Part shown: in pieces, positions 37,680-47,040 of the stretch
Layout: the number at the start of each line of letters is the position of its first letter
How positions within the stretch are numbered: position 1 is the first letter of the stretch
Assembly (NCBI GenBank): GCA_944376225.1
Contig: CALWBZ010000031.1
Coordinates: forward strand, 2,166 to 66,165
Origin: an uncultured Clostridia bacterium
GTDB taxonomy: Bacteria; Bacillota; Clostridia; Lachnospirales; Bianqueaceae
DNA: 64,000 nucleotides
Direction of reading: 5' to 3'
Translations under genes and position numbers: made by a program
Notes under the pieces: generated by a model
Databases searched by the model: none
The model's input: the letters and a program-made list of their open reading frames with translations, nothing else
What the model was told of the DNA's origin: nothing

Positions 37680-39161
37680 ATGAAAAACATGCCAGAAGTA
37701 AAGCTGGGAATGATCGCGGTAAGCCGTGATTGTTTTCCCATCACGCTGTCGGATCAGCGCAGCCAGGCGGTTGTCGCCGCGGCGAAAGAGCAGGGTGTAG
37801 AGATCTACAGGGCGAAGACCGTAGTGGAGAGCGAGAAGGACATGCTGAAGGCCGTGGAGGATATCCAGGCGGAAGGCGTCAATGCTCTGGTAGTTTATCT
37901 TGGCAATTTCGGACCGGAGAGCGCCGAGACCATTATCGCTCAAAAGTTTGACGGACCCGTGATGTATGTGGCCGCCGCGGAGGAATCCCAGGAGGATCTG
38001 ATCCAGGGAAGAGGAGACGCTTACTGCGGAATGCTGAACTGCTCCTATAACCTGGCCCTTAGAGGATGCAAGGCGATCATTCCCGAGTATCCGGTGGGAG
38101 GTCCCGAGGATGTGGCGAAGATGATCGGGGAGTTTGTTCCCGTGGCCAGGGCGATTCTGGGTCTGAAGAATCTCAAGGTCTTTACCTTTGGTCCCAGACC
38201 GCAGGATTTCATGGCTTGTAACGCGCCGATTCAGCCGCTGTTCGATCTGGGCCTGGAGATTCAGGAAAATTCGGAACTGGATCTTCTGGTGGCTTTCCGT
38301 AAGCACGCGGACGACCCCAGAATCCCCGATGTGGTGAAGGAGATGGCGGAGGAGACCGGCAGCAACAATCCTTACGCGGGAATCCTGCCGAAACTGGCTC
38401 AGTATGAGCTGACGCTTCTGGATTGGGCGGAGGAGAACAAGGGAAGCCGGGAATACTACGTATTCGCCAACAAGTGCTGGCCGGCGTTCCAGACGGAGTT
38501 CGGCTTCGTTCCCTGTTATGTGAATTCCCGTTTGGCCGCCCGGGGAATCCCCGTCAGCTGTGAAGTGGATATCTTCGGCGCCGTGAGCGAGTATCTGGGC
38601 GTTTGCGTGTCCGGCGACGCGGTAACCTTACTGGATATCAACAATTCCGTTCCGAAGGATATGTATGAGAGCGAGATCAAGAAGAACACCGATTATACGC
38701 TTCAGGATGTGTTCATGGGATTCCATTGCGGCAACACGCCCGTATGTAAGCTGACCAAGGCCCATATGGGATATCAGTTGATCATGAAGCGTTCTCTGGA
38801 ACCGGATTCCGAGCCGAATATCACCAGAGGAACCATCGAAGGCGATATCGTTCCCGGAGAGATCACCTTCTATCGTCTGCAGGGCAACGCCAGAGGACAG
38901 CTTAAGGGGTATATCGCTCAGGGCGAGGTACTGCCGGTAGCCACCCGTTCCTTTGGCGGAATCGGCGTGTTTGCCATTCCGGAGATGGGCAGGTTCTATC
39001 GTCACGTCCTGATTCAGAAGAATTATCCCCATCATGGGGCGGTGGCCTTCGGTCATTACGGCAAGGCTATCTTTACGGTGATGAAATATCTGGGCGTGGA
39101 AGACGTAGCCTTCAATCAGCCTAAGGGAATGCTGTATCCCAGCGAGAATCCCTTCGCGTAA
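37680..39161 (+). CDS. L-fucose/L-arabinose isomerase family protein
   Basis: ATG 37680 lies 8 nt after GGAGG. Size and the VSCEVDIFGAVSEYL acid-pair segment are typical of the FucI/AraA superfamily. Confidence 0.8.
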   Translation: MKNMPEVKLGMIAVSRDCFPITLSDQRSQAVVAAAKEQGVEIYRAKTVVESEKDMLKAVEDIQAEGVNALVVYLGNFGPESAETIIAQKFDGPVMYVAAAEESQEDLIQGRGDAYCGMLNCSYNLALRGCKAIIPEYPVGGPEDVAKMIGEFVPVARAILGLKNLKVFTFGPRPQDFMACNAPIQPLFDLGLEIQENSELDLLVAFRKHADDPRIPDVVKEMAEETGSNNPYAGILPKLAQYELTLLDWAEENKGSREYYVFANKCWPAFQTEFGFVPCYVNSRLAARGIPVSCEVDIFGAVSEYLGVCVSGDAVTLLDINNSVPKDMYESEIKKNTDYTLQDVFMGFHCGNTPVCKLTKAHMGYQLIMKRSLEPDSEPNITRGTIEGDIVPGEITFYRLQGNARGQLKGYIAQGEVLPVATRSFGGIGVFAIPEMGRFYRHVLIQKNYPHHGAVAFGHYGKAIFTVMKYLGVEDVAFNQPKGMLYPSENPFA

Positions 39162-39171
39162 ACAAAAACAG

Positions 39172-39215
39172 GAGGAGCTGCCTGCGTTTTTTGCAGCGGC
39201 TCCTCTGTCTTTTTA
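39172..39215 (+). terminator. possible terminator/attenuating hairpin
   Basis: GGAGGAGCTGC...GCAGCGGCTCCTC imperfect stem followed by TGTCTTTTT. Confidence 0.4.
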
Positions 39216-39228
39216 GGAGAACCTTCTT

Positions 39229-40248
39229 ATGTTATTTCAGAATATGGAGTTTCACAATGTGGATTGTCTGGAAGAGAGGCTGGGCGGCTATATGCTCCAG
39301 CGTTTTCCGGAAGAAACGCGCCGAGGCTTAGGATATCAAGATCATGACCGTGGCAGGATGTTTAGCCAGATGCCGGTGGGATGCGAGATCCGCTTCGTCA
39401 CGGACGCGCATTTCTTTAGAATCTCCTTTGCCGCTTACGAGGCGGATAACCGAATTTTTGTTTTTAGGGGAAACTTTTTGCAGCGCGTATTGGATCTTCC
39501 GGCGGGAAAGATCAGCACCTATCATATTCAAGAGCCGGAAAATTGGGGAGAAGTAGAGCCGGAAGCTTTTCGCGGCCATCGCTTTTCCTCGGATGTATGG
39601 CGTTTTGTGACAGATAAGGAATCCGCCGTGTTATTCTACGGCGCGGATTTTGTGGGACACGAGGTGCGTCAGCCCCGTTCCGACGAGGTTCCCGGGATCA
39701 AATGGATGGCCTACGGTTCTTCGATCACTTTCGGAGGAGACGCCCATCTGGGAATCAACGCTTATGCCGCGAAAACGGCGCGCCTTCTAAATTTGGATCT
39801 TTATAACAAGTCCATCGCCGGATCCTGTTTCTGCGATCCTTCCGTGGTCGAGTATCTGGCCGGGCAGGCCGGAGGGATGAATCTTATCACCTGTGAATTG
39901 GGCATCAACATGCTGAGGCGTTTTCCCGAAGAAATTTTTAAGGAAAGAACATATCATTTGATCGGGCGTTTGCGGAAGGCTGCTCCCAAGACAAAAATCG
40001 CGGTGATTACGCCTTTTACGGCGGGAGCCGCGTATCAGAAAGATCCGGAGAACGAGGGGAGAAAGCGGTATTACGCTTTTACGGAGATTTTGAAAGCCTA
40101 CCCGGATCGGGAAGTTACGGTATGGGACGGAAGAGAGATTTTAGAGGATTTTTCCGGGTTATCCGCGGATTTATTACATCCTTCCGATGAAGGACACGGA
40201 ATGATGGCCGTCTCGCTGGCGGATAAGATCAAAAGTTTATTATGGTAA
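39229..40248 (+). CDS. SGNH/GDSL-type hydrolase family protein
   Basis: Block I YGSSITFGG and block V LHPSDEGH (DxxH). An N-terminal ~150-aa extra domain is present. Confidence 0.7.
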   Translation: MLFQNMEFHNVDCLEERLGGYMLQRFPEETRRGLGYQDHDRGRMFSQMPVGCEIRFVTDAHFFRISFAAYEADNRIFVFRGNFLQRVLDLPAGKISTYHIQEPENWGEVEPEAFRGHRFSSDVWRFVTDKESAVLFYGADFVGHEVRQPRSDEVPGIKWMAYGSSITFGGDAHLGINAYAAKTARLLNLDLYNKSIAGSCFCDPSVVEYLAGQAGGMNLITCELGINMLRRFPEEIFKERTYHLIGRLRKAAPKTKIAVITPFTAGAAYQKDPENEGRKRYYAFTEILKAYPDREVTVWDGREILEDFSGLSADLLHPSDEGHGMMAVSLADKIKSLLW

Positions 40249-40264
40249 GGAAAGGAAGAAGAAA

Positions 40265-41227
40265 ATGGAGATTCAACAGGTAAAAGCCATCGCGGACGGA
40301 ATCCGCGCCAACGTGGAAAAAGTCATCGTGGGAAAAAGCAGCGTGATCGAACTGATCTTGGCCGCCATGCTGGCGGAAGGCCACGTTTTACTAGAAGACG
40401 TACCGGGAACCGGAAAGACGATGATGGCGAAAGCATTGGCGAAGTCCATCGACACGACTTTTAAGAGGATTCAGTTTACGCCGGATCTCCTGCCTTCGGA
40501 TCTGATCGGTATCAATTACTATAACCAGAAAGAGGGAGAGTTCGTATTTCGTCAGGGAGCCCTTTTTACAAACGTATTGTTGGCGGATGAGATTAATCGG
40601 GCTACTCCCAGGACCCAGTCCAGTTTGTTGGAGAGTATGGAGGAAAAGCAGATCACGGTGGACGGCACCACCTATGTTTTGCAGAAGCCATTCTTTGTTA
40701 TCGCCACACAGAACCCCGTAGAGACTCAAGGAACATTCCCTCTTCCGGAGGCTCAACTGGATCGTTTTATCATGCAGCTTTCCATGGGATATACCAGTAA
40801 GGAAGAGACCATGGAAATCTTGAACCGTTTCATCGCCGCGTCCCCCGTAGAAGAAATCGAAAGCGTCTGCGGCAGGGAAGAACTTCTGGAGATGCAGAAA
40901 TTCGTGAAGACCATCTACATTCATCCGGACATCGCGGGTTATTCCGTGGATATCGTGGAAAAAACGCGGGGCAGAGAAGATGTGGCGTTGGGAGTCAGCC
41001 CCAGAGGAAATCTGTCATTCCTGCGCGCGGCCCAGGCGTTGGCGGGAGTGAGAGGCAAGACTTTCGTGTCTCCGGACGAGATCAAGGACTTGGCGCTGCC
41101 GGTTCTGGGACATCGTATGATCCTAAAGAGCGGCATGCGCAATCGTTCTACACAGATCGAAGGAATCGTCAATGAAATCCTGGATACGGTTCCGGCGCCT
41201 ACGGAAGATTGGAAAATCGATCAGTAA
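40265..41227 (+). CDS. MoxR-family AAA+ ATPase
   Basis: Walker A DVPGTGKTMMAKALA, Walker B LLADEINR. 320 aa. Confidence 0.9.
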   Translation: MEIQQVKAIADGIRANVEKVIVGKSSVIELILAAMLAEGHVLLEDVPGTGKTMMAKALAKSIDTTFKRIQFTPDLLPSDLIGINYYNQKEGEFVFRQGALFTNVLLADEINRATPRTQSSLLESMEEKQITVDGTTYVLQKPFFVIATQNPVETQGTFPLPEAQLDRFIMQLSMGYTSKEETMEILNRFIAASPVEEIESVCGREELLEMQKFVKTIYIHPDIAGYSVDIVEKTRGREDVALGVSPRGNLSFLRAAQALAGVRGKTFVSPDEIKDLALPVLGHRMILKSGMRNRSTQIEGIVNEILDTVPAPTEDWKIDQ

Positions 41228-41242
41228 GGAGGGAAAATCCCC

Positions 41243-42349
41243 ATGCCCATTCTTGTTATATTCGCGGTGGCAGGGCTGATCTACCTTTTGCAGGATCGGA
41301 TCTATAAGCGCTTTTGGAATGTGAATCTGCATGCGGATGTGGAATTTGAGGATCACTTTATCTATGAGGGAGAAGATACTTATCTGAGAGAAACGTTGTC
41401 TAACGGTAAGATTCTTCCTCTGCCTTGGGTCTATGTGAAATTTCAGATTAACCGTAACGGGAAGGTGGGTCATTATCGCAGCGACCTGTTCAGCATACGG
41501 TTTTACCAGAAGATTCGTCGGCGGATTCCCTTTCATCCGGAAACCAGGGGAATCTATACGATCCGAGGAATCGATCTGATCAGTAATAATCTGTTTATTA
41601 CCCGCAAATTCGTTCAGACCTTGCAAGACGCCGCGACGATGGTCGTCTATCCGAAACTGATCGATGTGGAAGAATTTCAGATTCCCTTCCAAAAAATGAT
41701 GGGAGACATCATTACAAAACGATATATGATCGAAGATCCCTATATGTTTAAGGGAATCCGGGACTATCAGTCCTACGACAGTTTTAAGTCCATCAATTTT
41801 AAGGCTTCCGCCCGGGCGGGAAAATGGCTCGTCAACGTTCATGATTACACGATTCAGCAGAAGGTGACGATTCTTTTGAATATGGACCGGGCAAATCAAT
41901 ATTATGATCTGCGCCTATATGAAAACAGTATCCGCATGGCGGCATCCATGGCAAACGCCTATGAGCAGGAGGGGATTCCTGTTTCCTTGTGGTCCAACGG
42001 GAAAGACGTGATCACAAGAGAGAGCATCGAGCTGGAAGAAGGATGCGGATTGGGACATTTGCATACATTGTTTGAGAATCTGGCCCGTATGGAGATCAGT
42101 CTGGAGGTAGAGGATTTTGGACCTTCTTTGAAAAGAGCGGCGGAGGATCCGGATCCCAATTCGATGTATCTGTTTATCTCTCCCTTCTTTGGAAAGGATT
42201 GCGTGCGGAACTATGAAGAACTGCAGAGAATGCACCCATCGTCGATGTGGATCCTTCCCGTCGTGCTCTCGGACTTGTCGGATCCGGATTTTAAGGGAGG
42301 ACAGTTGGCGGATACTCTGCCCAACGTGTTCCTGTGGAAGGTGGATTGA
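41243..42349 (+). CDS. DUF58 domain protein (MoxR partner)
   Basis: N-terminal TM helix. FKGIRDYQSYDSFKSINFKASAR is a typical DUF58 core. Confidence 0.8.
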   Translation: MPILVIFAVAGLIYLLQDRIYKRFWNVNLHADVEFEDHFIYEGEDTYLRETLSNGKILPLPWVYVKFQINRNGKVGHYRSDLFSIRFYQKIRRRIPFHPETRGIYTIRGIDLISNNLFITRKFVQTLQDAATMVVYPKLIDVEEFQIPFQKMMGDIITKRYMIEDPYMFKGIRDYQSYDSFKSINFKASARAGKWLVNVHDYTIQQKVTILLNMDRANQYYDLRLYENSIRMAASMANAYEQEGIPVSLWSNGKDVITRESIELEEGCGLGHLHTLFENLARMEISLEVEDFGPSLKRAAEDPDPNSMYLFISPFFGKDCVRNYEELQRMHPSSMWILPVVLSDLSDPDFKGGQLADTLPNVFLWKVD

Positions 42350-42352
42350 GCG

Positions 42353-43597
42353 ATGAAAAAGAAAGCATCTTTTTTAACCCATCTGCAAAGGCTTATGACC
42401 GATTATTTTAATACATATCTGATCATCGCCGTCTTAAGCTACGCATTAACCGCCTGGACAAAGGATCCGATGATGGTTCTGAAGATCCATTTGCTTTGTG
42501 TGATTCCCCTTTATATGTACTGGATCCGCCAGGAGGTATGGAATCTTTTTCTTTTTTCGGTACTGCATATTCTTCCCTTTTCATTACTATGGTTTTATCA
42601 GCAGGATAAAGATCTGATCATCGCGTTGATCGTGGGCGTGGGTATCGGGATTTTTGTCGTCTATTCTTTCGTTTTACGTTTGACCGAGACGAAGAATCAG
42701 ATTACTCTGGGAGGACTCATCGTCCTGTGCGGAGCCTTAGCGCTGGGATATTTCTGCGTCCAGATTCCCCAGGTGGGAATGGGAGAGGCGCTGCAGCCCT
42801 ATCTGATGACCGTGTCTTTTGTGGCCCTTTTGATTTATTTTATGGAGATGCATTTAAGAAACATCAATACGACATTAAATAATGTCAATGAAATGCTGAA
42901 TCAACCGGCCCAGAAGATCCGTAAATTCAATCAGAAGATACTGGCTTATTTTATCATAGGAACGGGAATTTTCATCTTTTTAGCGCTGGTTTTTCGGATA
43001 GATCGCGGTATTATGGCCATAGGACAGGGATTATTATGGTTGATTCGTTTTCTTATCGGTTTAATTCCCAAGGGGGAGTATACGGGAGAAGAAAGTTTCT
43101 TTCAGGAAAACAGCATGCCGGATCGTCAGAATGATGATATGGAGTTTGAGGAGGTAGGCCCCAGTCCTTTCTGGGAAATCCTCGAGCAGATCGTGACTGT
43201 CGCGGTGGTCATCGCGTTGATTACCGCCATCGTTTACGGATTGTATCGTTTCTATAAGTGGTTCTATTCCCGAAAGCCAGAGACGGTCACGACGGATGAA
43301 TTTGAGGAGACCAGTCTTTATATCGAGTCAGAACATAAAAGTTCTCGAAAAAAGGAATCCTTTTGGTCTCGTTTTCGTTTGACAAACGAGAAGAAGATCC
43401 GCAGGATTTATCGAAAACGATTGGAGGCGCCCATGAAGACCCAGGAGGTTTTGAAAGTTTCGGATTCTCCTAAAGAGATTCTGGAAAAAATGCCTTCTGA
43501 GGCGCTGGAAGATCTGACGGAGCTTTATGAGAAAGCCAGGTATTCAAACGTGCCGATTACAAAGGAAGAAGTTCGCAAAGCCGAGTCCATATCGTAG
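42353..43597 (+). CDS. polytopic membrane protein with a DUF4129-like C-terminus
   Basis: Multiple TM helices. The C-terminal ...LTELYEKARYSNVPITKEEV resembles the DUF4129 tail of YebA/TgpA-like MoxR-operon proteins. No transglutaminase Cys-His-Asp core seen. Confidence 0.6.
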   Translation: MKKKASFLTHLQRLMTDYFNTYLIIAVLSYALTAWTKDPMMVLKIHLLCVIPLYMYWIRQEVWNLFLFSVLHILPFSLLWFYQQDKDLIIALIVGVGIGIFVVYSFVLRLTETKNQITLGGLIVLCGALALGYFCVQIPQVGMGEALQPYLMTVSFVALLIYFMEMHLRNINTTLNNVNEMLNQPAQKIRKFNQKILAYFIIGTGIFIFLALVFRIDRGIMAIGQGLLWLIRFLIGLIPKGEYTGEESFFQENSMPDRQNDDMEFEEVGPSPFWEILEQIVTVAVVIALITAIVYGLYRFYKWFYSRKPETVTTDEFEETSLYIESEHKSSRKKESFWSRFRLTNEKKIRRIYRKRLEAPMKTQEVLKVSDSPKEILEKMPSEALEDLTELYEKARYSNVPITKEEVRKAESIS

Positions 43598-43603
43598 AAG
43601 AGC

Positions 43604-43632
43604 TTGACGGGATTTAGGTTTCGCGGTAAAAT
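43604..43632 (+). promoter_or_regulatory. sigma-A type promoter for the ABC transporter operon
   Basis: TTGACG 43604-43609, 17-nt spacer, TAAAAT 43627-43632. Confidence 0.5.
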
Positions 43633-43699
43633 GTGGGCGGAAACTCCCGAAAAGGGGTAGCATTTAAATATAATGTAGAAGTAGAAAAGAGGAAATAAA

Positions 43700-44698
43700 A
43701 TGAAGAAGGTACTGGCTCTGTTGTGTTTGATTAGTCTTCTGGTTTTTGCCTTAGGAGGCTGTACCGGTAATGAGACCTCCCAGGATCAGAAAGAAACGGT
43801 TCGCGTGGCCGCGCTGAAGGGTCCTACCGGTATGGGATTGGCGAAGTTGATAGAGGAAAACGAATCGGGAGAATCGGAAAATCATTATGAATTTACATTA
43901 GCCTCTTCCGCGGATGAGATTCTGGCGAGCATTATTCAAGGAGAATTCGATATCGCGGCGGTGCCCACAAACGTAGCCTCTATTCTTTATAATAAAACCG
44001 AGGGAAAGATTCAGATGGCCGCCGTGAATACGCTGGGTGTGTTGTATGTGCTGTCTACGGATGAGTCTATCGAAAGCATCGCGGATCTTGAGGGGAGGAC
44101 GGTGTACTCCACGGGTCAGGGAGCGGTTCCCGAGATCGCCTTTAACTATGTTTTGGAACAGAACGGTTTGACGCCCGGGGAGGACGTGACGATCGAATAC
44201 AGGAGCGAACACAGCGAGCTGGCGGCCTTGATGGCCTCCGGAGAGGCGGAGATCGCCCTGCTGCCCCAGCCTTTTGTGACCAGCGTCTTGAATCAAAATG
44301 AAAATGTAAAGGTCGTCTTAGATCTGACCCAGGAGTGGAACAAAGTGACGGAGGGAAAGAGCGATCTGACGATGGGCTGTATCGTGGTACAGAAGGAGTT
44401 TGCCGAGGAACATCCCCAGGAAATGAAGGCGTTTTTGGAGGAATACCAGGCTTCCGTGGAATATATCACGAATGAAGCCAATCTGAATGACGCGGCGGAG
44501 TTAGTCGAGAAGGCGGATATCATCCAGGCGGCGGTGGCGAAGAAGGCCCTTCCGGAATGCAATATCGTCTTTATCGTAGGTGAGGAGATGAAAAGCATAT
44601 CCGACGGATTCCTTCAGGTGATATACGACAGCGTCCCCGCCTTAGTGGGAGGAGCGCTTCCGGAGGAGGATTTCTATTATCAGCAAAGCGTGGAATAA
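43700..44698 (+). CDS. ABC transporter substrate-binding lipoprotein (NMT1/THI5-like, NitT/TauT family)
   Basis: Lipobox LGGC. Periplasmic-binding fold typical of sulfonate/nitrate/HMP-type SBPs. Confidence 0.8.
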   Translation: MKKVLALLCLISLLVFALGGCTGNETSQDQKETVRVAALKGPTGMGLAKLIEENESGESENHYEFTLASSADEILASIIQGEFDIAAVPTNVASILYNKTEGKIQMAAVNTLGVLYVLSTDESIESIADLEGRTVYSTGQGAVPEIAFNYVLEQNGLTPGEDVTIEYRSEHSELAALMASGEAEIALLPQPFVTSVLNQNENVKVVLDLTQEWNKVTEGKSDLTMGCIVVQKEFAEEHPQEMKAFLEEYQASVEYITNEANLNDAAELVEKADIIQAAVAKKALPECNIVFIVGEEMKSISDGFLQVIYDSVPALVGGALPEEDFYYQQSVE

Positions 44699-44705
44699 AA
44701 GAATT

Positions 44706-45440
44706 TTGCGCTGGGGGATGATAGCCCTCTGGATCATCCTTTGGCAATGCGCGTATTGGTTCGTAGGAGAGGATCTTTTGTTATCCTCTCCCTATACGGT
44801 TTTGTGCAGACTATGGGAACTCTTGCGGACGGCGGATTTCTGGAAAACCGTCGGCAATTCCTGCGCGGGGATTCTTACAGGATACTTGTGCGGGGTTTTC
44901 CTTGGGGTGATCTTGGGGGCGCTCAGCAGCCGGTTCCGTTTTGTATACGAGTTTATACGTCTTCCTATGCATTTGATACAGGCTACGCCGGTGGCTTCTT
45001 TTATCATCTTAACATTGCTGTGGATTCCTTCCCGGCGTCTTTCGGTTTTTATTTCTTTGCTGATGGTGCTGCCCATCGTCTGGAGAAATGTGAATCAGGG
45101 GTTTGATAACGTGGATAACAATCTCCTGGAAGTGGCGCGGGTGTATCGTTTCTCGCGGTGGAAAAGATTTCGTTATGTCTATTGGCCCGCCGTATTGCCC
45201 TTTTTCCGTTCGGCCTGTCAGATGGCCATCGGCTTTGCCTGGAAATCCGGCATCGCGGCGGAAGTCATCGTTACGCCTCTGGGGTTTATCGGGAAAGAAC
45301 TGAACGACGCGAAGATAACGCTCATGACGGCGGATATGTTTGCTTGGACGGCGGTGATCATCCTGCTTTCGATTGTTTTTGAGAAGATTTTTGGTTTGAT
45401 CTTTTTAAGGATTCCGATTCATCAGAAAGGCGGAAAATGA
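44706..45440 (+). CDS. ABC transporter permease (NitT/TauT family)
   Basis: Six TM helices and an EAA-like loop (EVARVYRFSRWKRFRYV). The start codon is uncertain (TTG 44706 or ATG 44718). Confidence 0.8.
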   Translation: MRWGMIALWIILWQCAYWFVGEDLLLSSPYTVLCRLWELLRTADFWKTVGNSCAGILTGYLCGVFLGVILGALSSRFRFVYEFIRLPMHLIQATPVASFIILTLLWIPSRRLSVFISLLMVLPIVWRNVNQGFDNVDNNLLEVARVYRFSRWKRFRYVYWPAVLPFFRSACQMAIGFAWKSGIAAEVIVTPLGFIGKELNDAKITLMTADMFAWTAVIILLSIVFEKIFGLIFLRIPIHQKGGK

Positions 45441-45441
45441 T

Positions 45442-46044
45442 ATGGAAGATCTGGTTTTTCATAACGTCTGTTTTTCTTATGAGTCTAAGAAGGTGCTGGA
45501 AGACGTAAACCTGCGTTTTCCGGCGGGACGCCGCACCGTTTTGATGGGGCCGTCCGGCATCGGAAAGACTACCCTATTTCGTTTAATCCTGGGGCTGGCC
45601 AGGCCGGATCGAGGACACATTTCGGGGCTTCCCGAGAAGGGGGCGGGCGTCCTCTTTCAGGAGGATAGGTTATTTCCACATCTGACCGTGTTGGAGAATC
45701 TGAAGGTATGCCTTCCGGAACGAAGGGAAGAAGACCTGAGGCAGATGCTTCTTGAACTTGGCCTTTCGGGAGAAGAGGGGCGGTATCCCCAGGAATTGTC
45801 CGGAGGCATGAGAAGGCGAGTAAGCTGTATCAGAGCCGTTGCCGCAAACAGAGAGCTGTACTTATTGGACGAGCCTTTCAACGGGTTAGACGAGGCGTTG
45901 AGAGGCCAGGTCGCGTCCTGGATCCGAAAAGAAACAGAAGGAAAGACCCTGATCGCGGTCAGTCATCAGAGTCAGGACGCCGGGTTACTTGGGGGAACAA
46001 TTCTTCGTTTTGAAGAAAAAGAACAAGGAGAAAGAAATGCTTGA
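45442..46044 (+). CDS. ABC transporter ATP-binding protein (short, 200 aa)
   Basis: Walker A GPSGIGKTT, signature LSGGMRRR, Walker B LLDEP. Confidence 0.85.
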   Translation: MEDLVFHNVCFSYESKKVLEDVNLRFPAGRRTVLMGPSGIGKTTLFRLILGLARPDRGHISGLPEKGAGVLFQEDRLFPHLTVLENLKVCLPERREEDLRQMLLELGLSGEEGRYPQELSGGMRRRVSCIRAVAANRELYLLDEPFNGLDEALRGQVASWIRKETEGKTLIAVSHQSQDAGLLGGTILRFEEKEQGERNA

Positions 46045-46999
46045 AAATTTTATTTTTAGTCTAAACGTATCTCTTCCCATTTTCATTTTAATGATCCTGG
46101 GATATTTTCTGCGAAAAAAGGAGGTATTAAGCGAATCTTTTCTAAATTGCGCCAATACCCTCCTGTTTCAGGTGGCTCTGCCCGCGAAGCTGTTTTTGGA
46201 TACGGCGACGACGGATTTCACTCAGTCCTTCGATCCGGTTTTCCTGCTTTTGGCCGTCGGAGGATCCACGGTCTTCTTTATTCTTTTCTGGGTCTATGGT
46301 CATTTTGTGATCAAAGAGCCTCGCAAGATCGGCGCCTTTGTACACGGGGCGTTTCGGGGAAATTATGTTTATATCGGTTTTGCCTTGATCCAGAACATTT
46401 TGGGGACCAGTACTTTGCCCGCGGAAGCCATGCTGGCCAGCGCCTTTGTCCTGCCCTTATATAATATCCTGGCGGTTATCGTCTTGACGATTACCAATAA
46501 CCCGGGGAAGAAGATCGATGTGAAGAGCGTACTCAAGCAGATCATTACCAATCCGATGATCGTAGGAATCCTGGCAGGATTACCCTTCTCCTTCTTGGGA
46601 ATATACACGGATTTTGAACTCCCCTTCGCGATTCAAACTTCCATTAATTATTTAGGGAATCTGACGACGCCGTTGGCGCTGATCATCATAGGAGCCAACA
46701 CGAAGATCACGGCGATCGCCAGCAATATTGTCTCCGTGATTACCGCCTGCGTTTTCCGGCTGATTCTTCAGCCCGCGATTATGGTGCCGTTGGCGGTTCT
46801 GCTGGGATTAAGCAATAACGCCGTCCTTGTTCTCTTTATTGTCTTTGGCGTGCCTTCGGCGGCAAACGTGTATATCGTGACGAAGAAGATGGGGGGCGAC
46901 GCGGATATGGCCTCCGGCATCATCGTCGTCTCCGTCATCATGTCCTTGTTTACCCTGACAGGGGGCATATTCCTGCTTCGGACAATCGGCGTCATATAA
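46037..46999 (+). CDS. AEC (auxin efflux carrier) family permease
   Basis: ATG 46037 overlaps the ATPase stop. Starts MLENFIFSLNVSLPIFILM. About 10 TM helices. Confidence 0.85.
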   Translation: MLENFIFSLNVSLPIFILMILGYFLRKKEVLSESFLNCANTLLFQVALPAKLFLDTATTDFTQSFDPVFLLLAVGGSTVFFILFWVYGHFVIKEPRKIGAFVHGAFRGNYVYIGFALIQNILGTSTLPAEAMLASAFVLPLYNILAVIVLTITNNPGKKIDVKSVLKQIITNPMIVGILAGLPFSFLGIYTDFELPFAIQTSINYLGNLTTPLALIIIGANTKITAIASNIVSVITACVFRLILQPAIMVPLAVLLGLSNNAVLVLFIVFGVPSAANVYIVTKKMGGDADMASGIIVVSVIMSLFTLTGGIFLLRTIGVI

Positions 47000-47040
47000 A
47001 AGACATCCCGGAGTCGCTTCATGACTTCGGGATGTCTTTT
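46998..47040. terminator. bidirectional intrinsic terminator
   Basis: AAAAGACATCCCG-17 nt-CGGGATGTCTTTT. The T-run overlaps the stop codon of the convergent gene. Confidence 0.6.

Noticed and set aside
43633-43699. Possible TPP riboswitch ahead of the NMT1/THI5-like binding protein gene
   Set aside because: The leader is only about 65 nt long and lacks the CUGAGA / ACCUGA conserved TPP elements.
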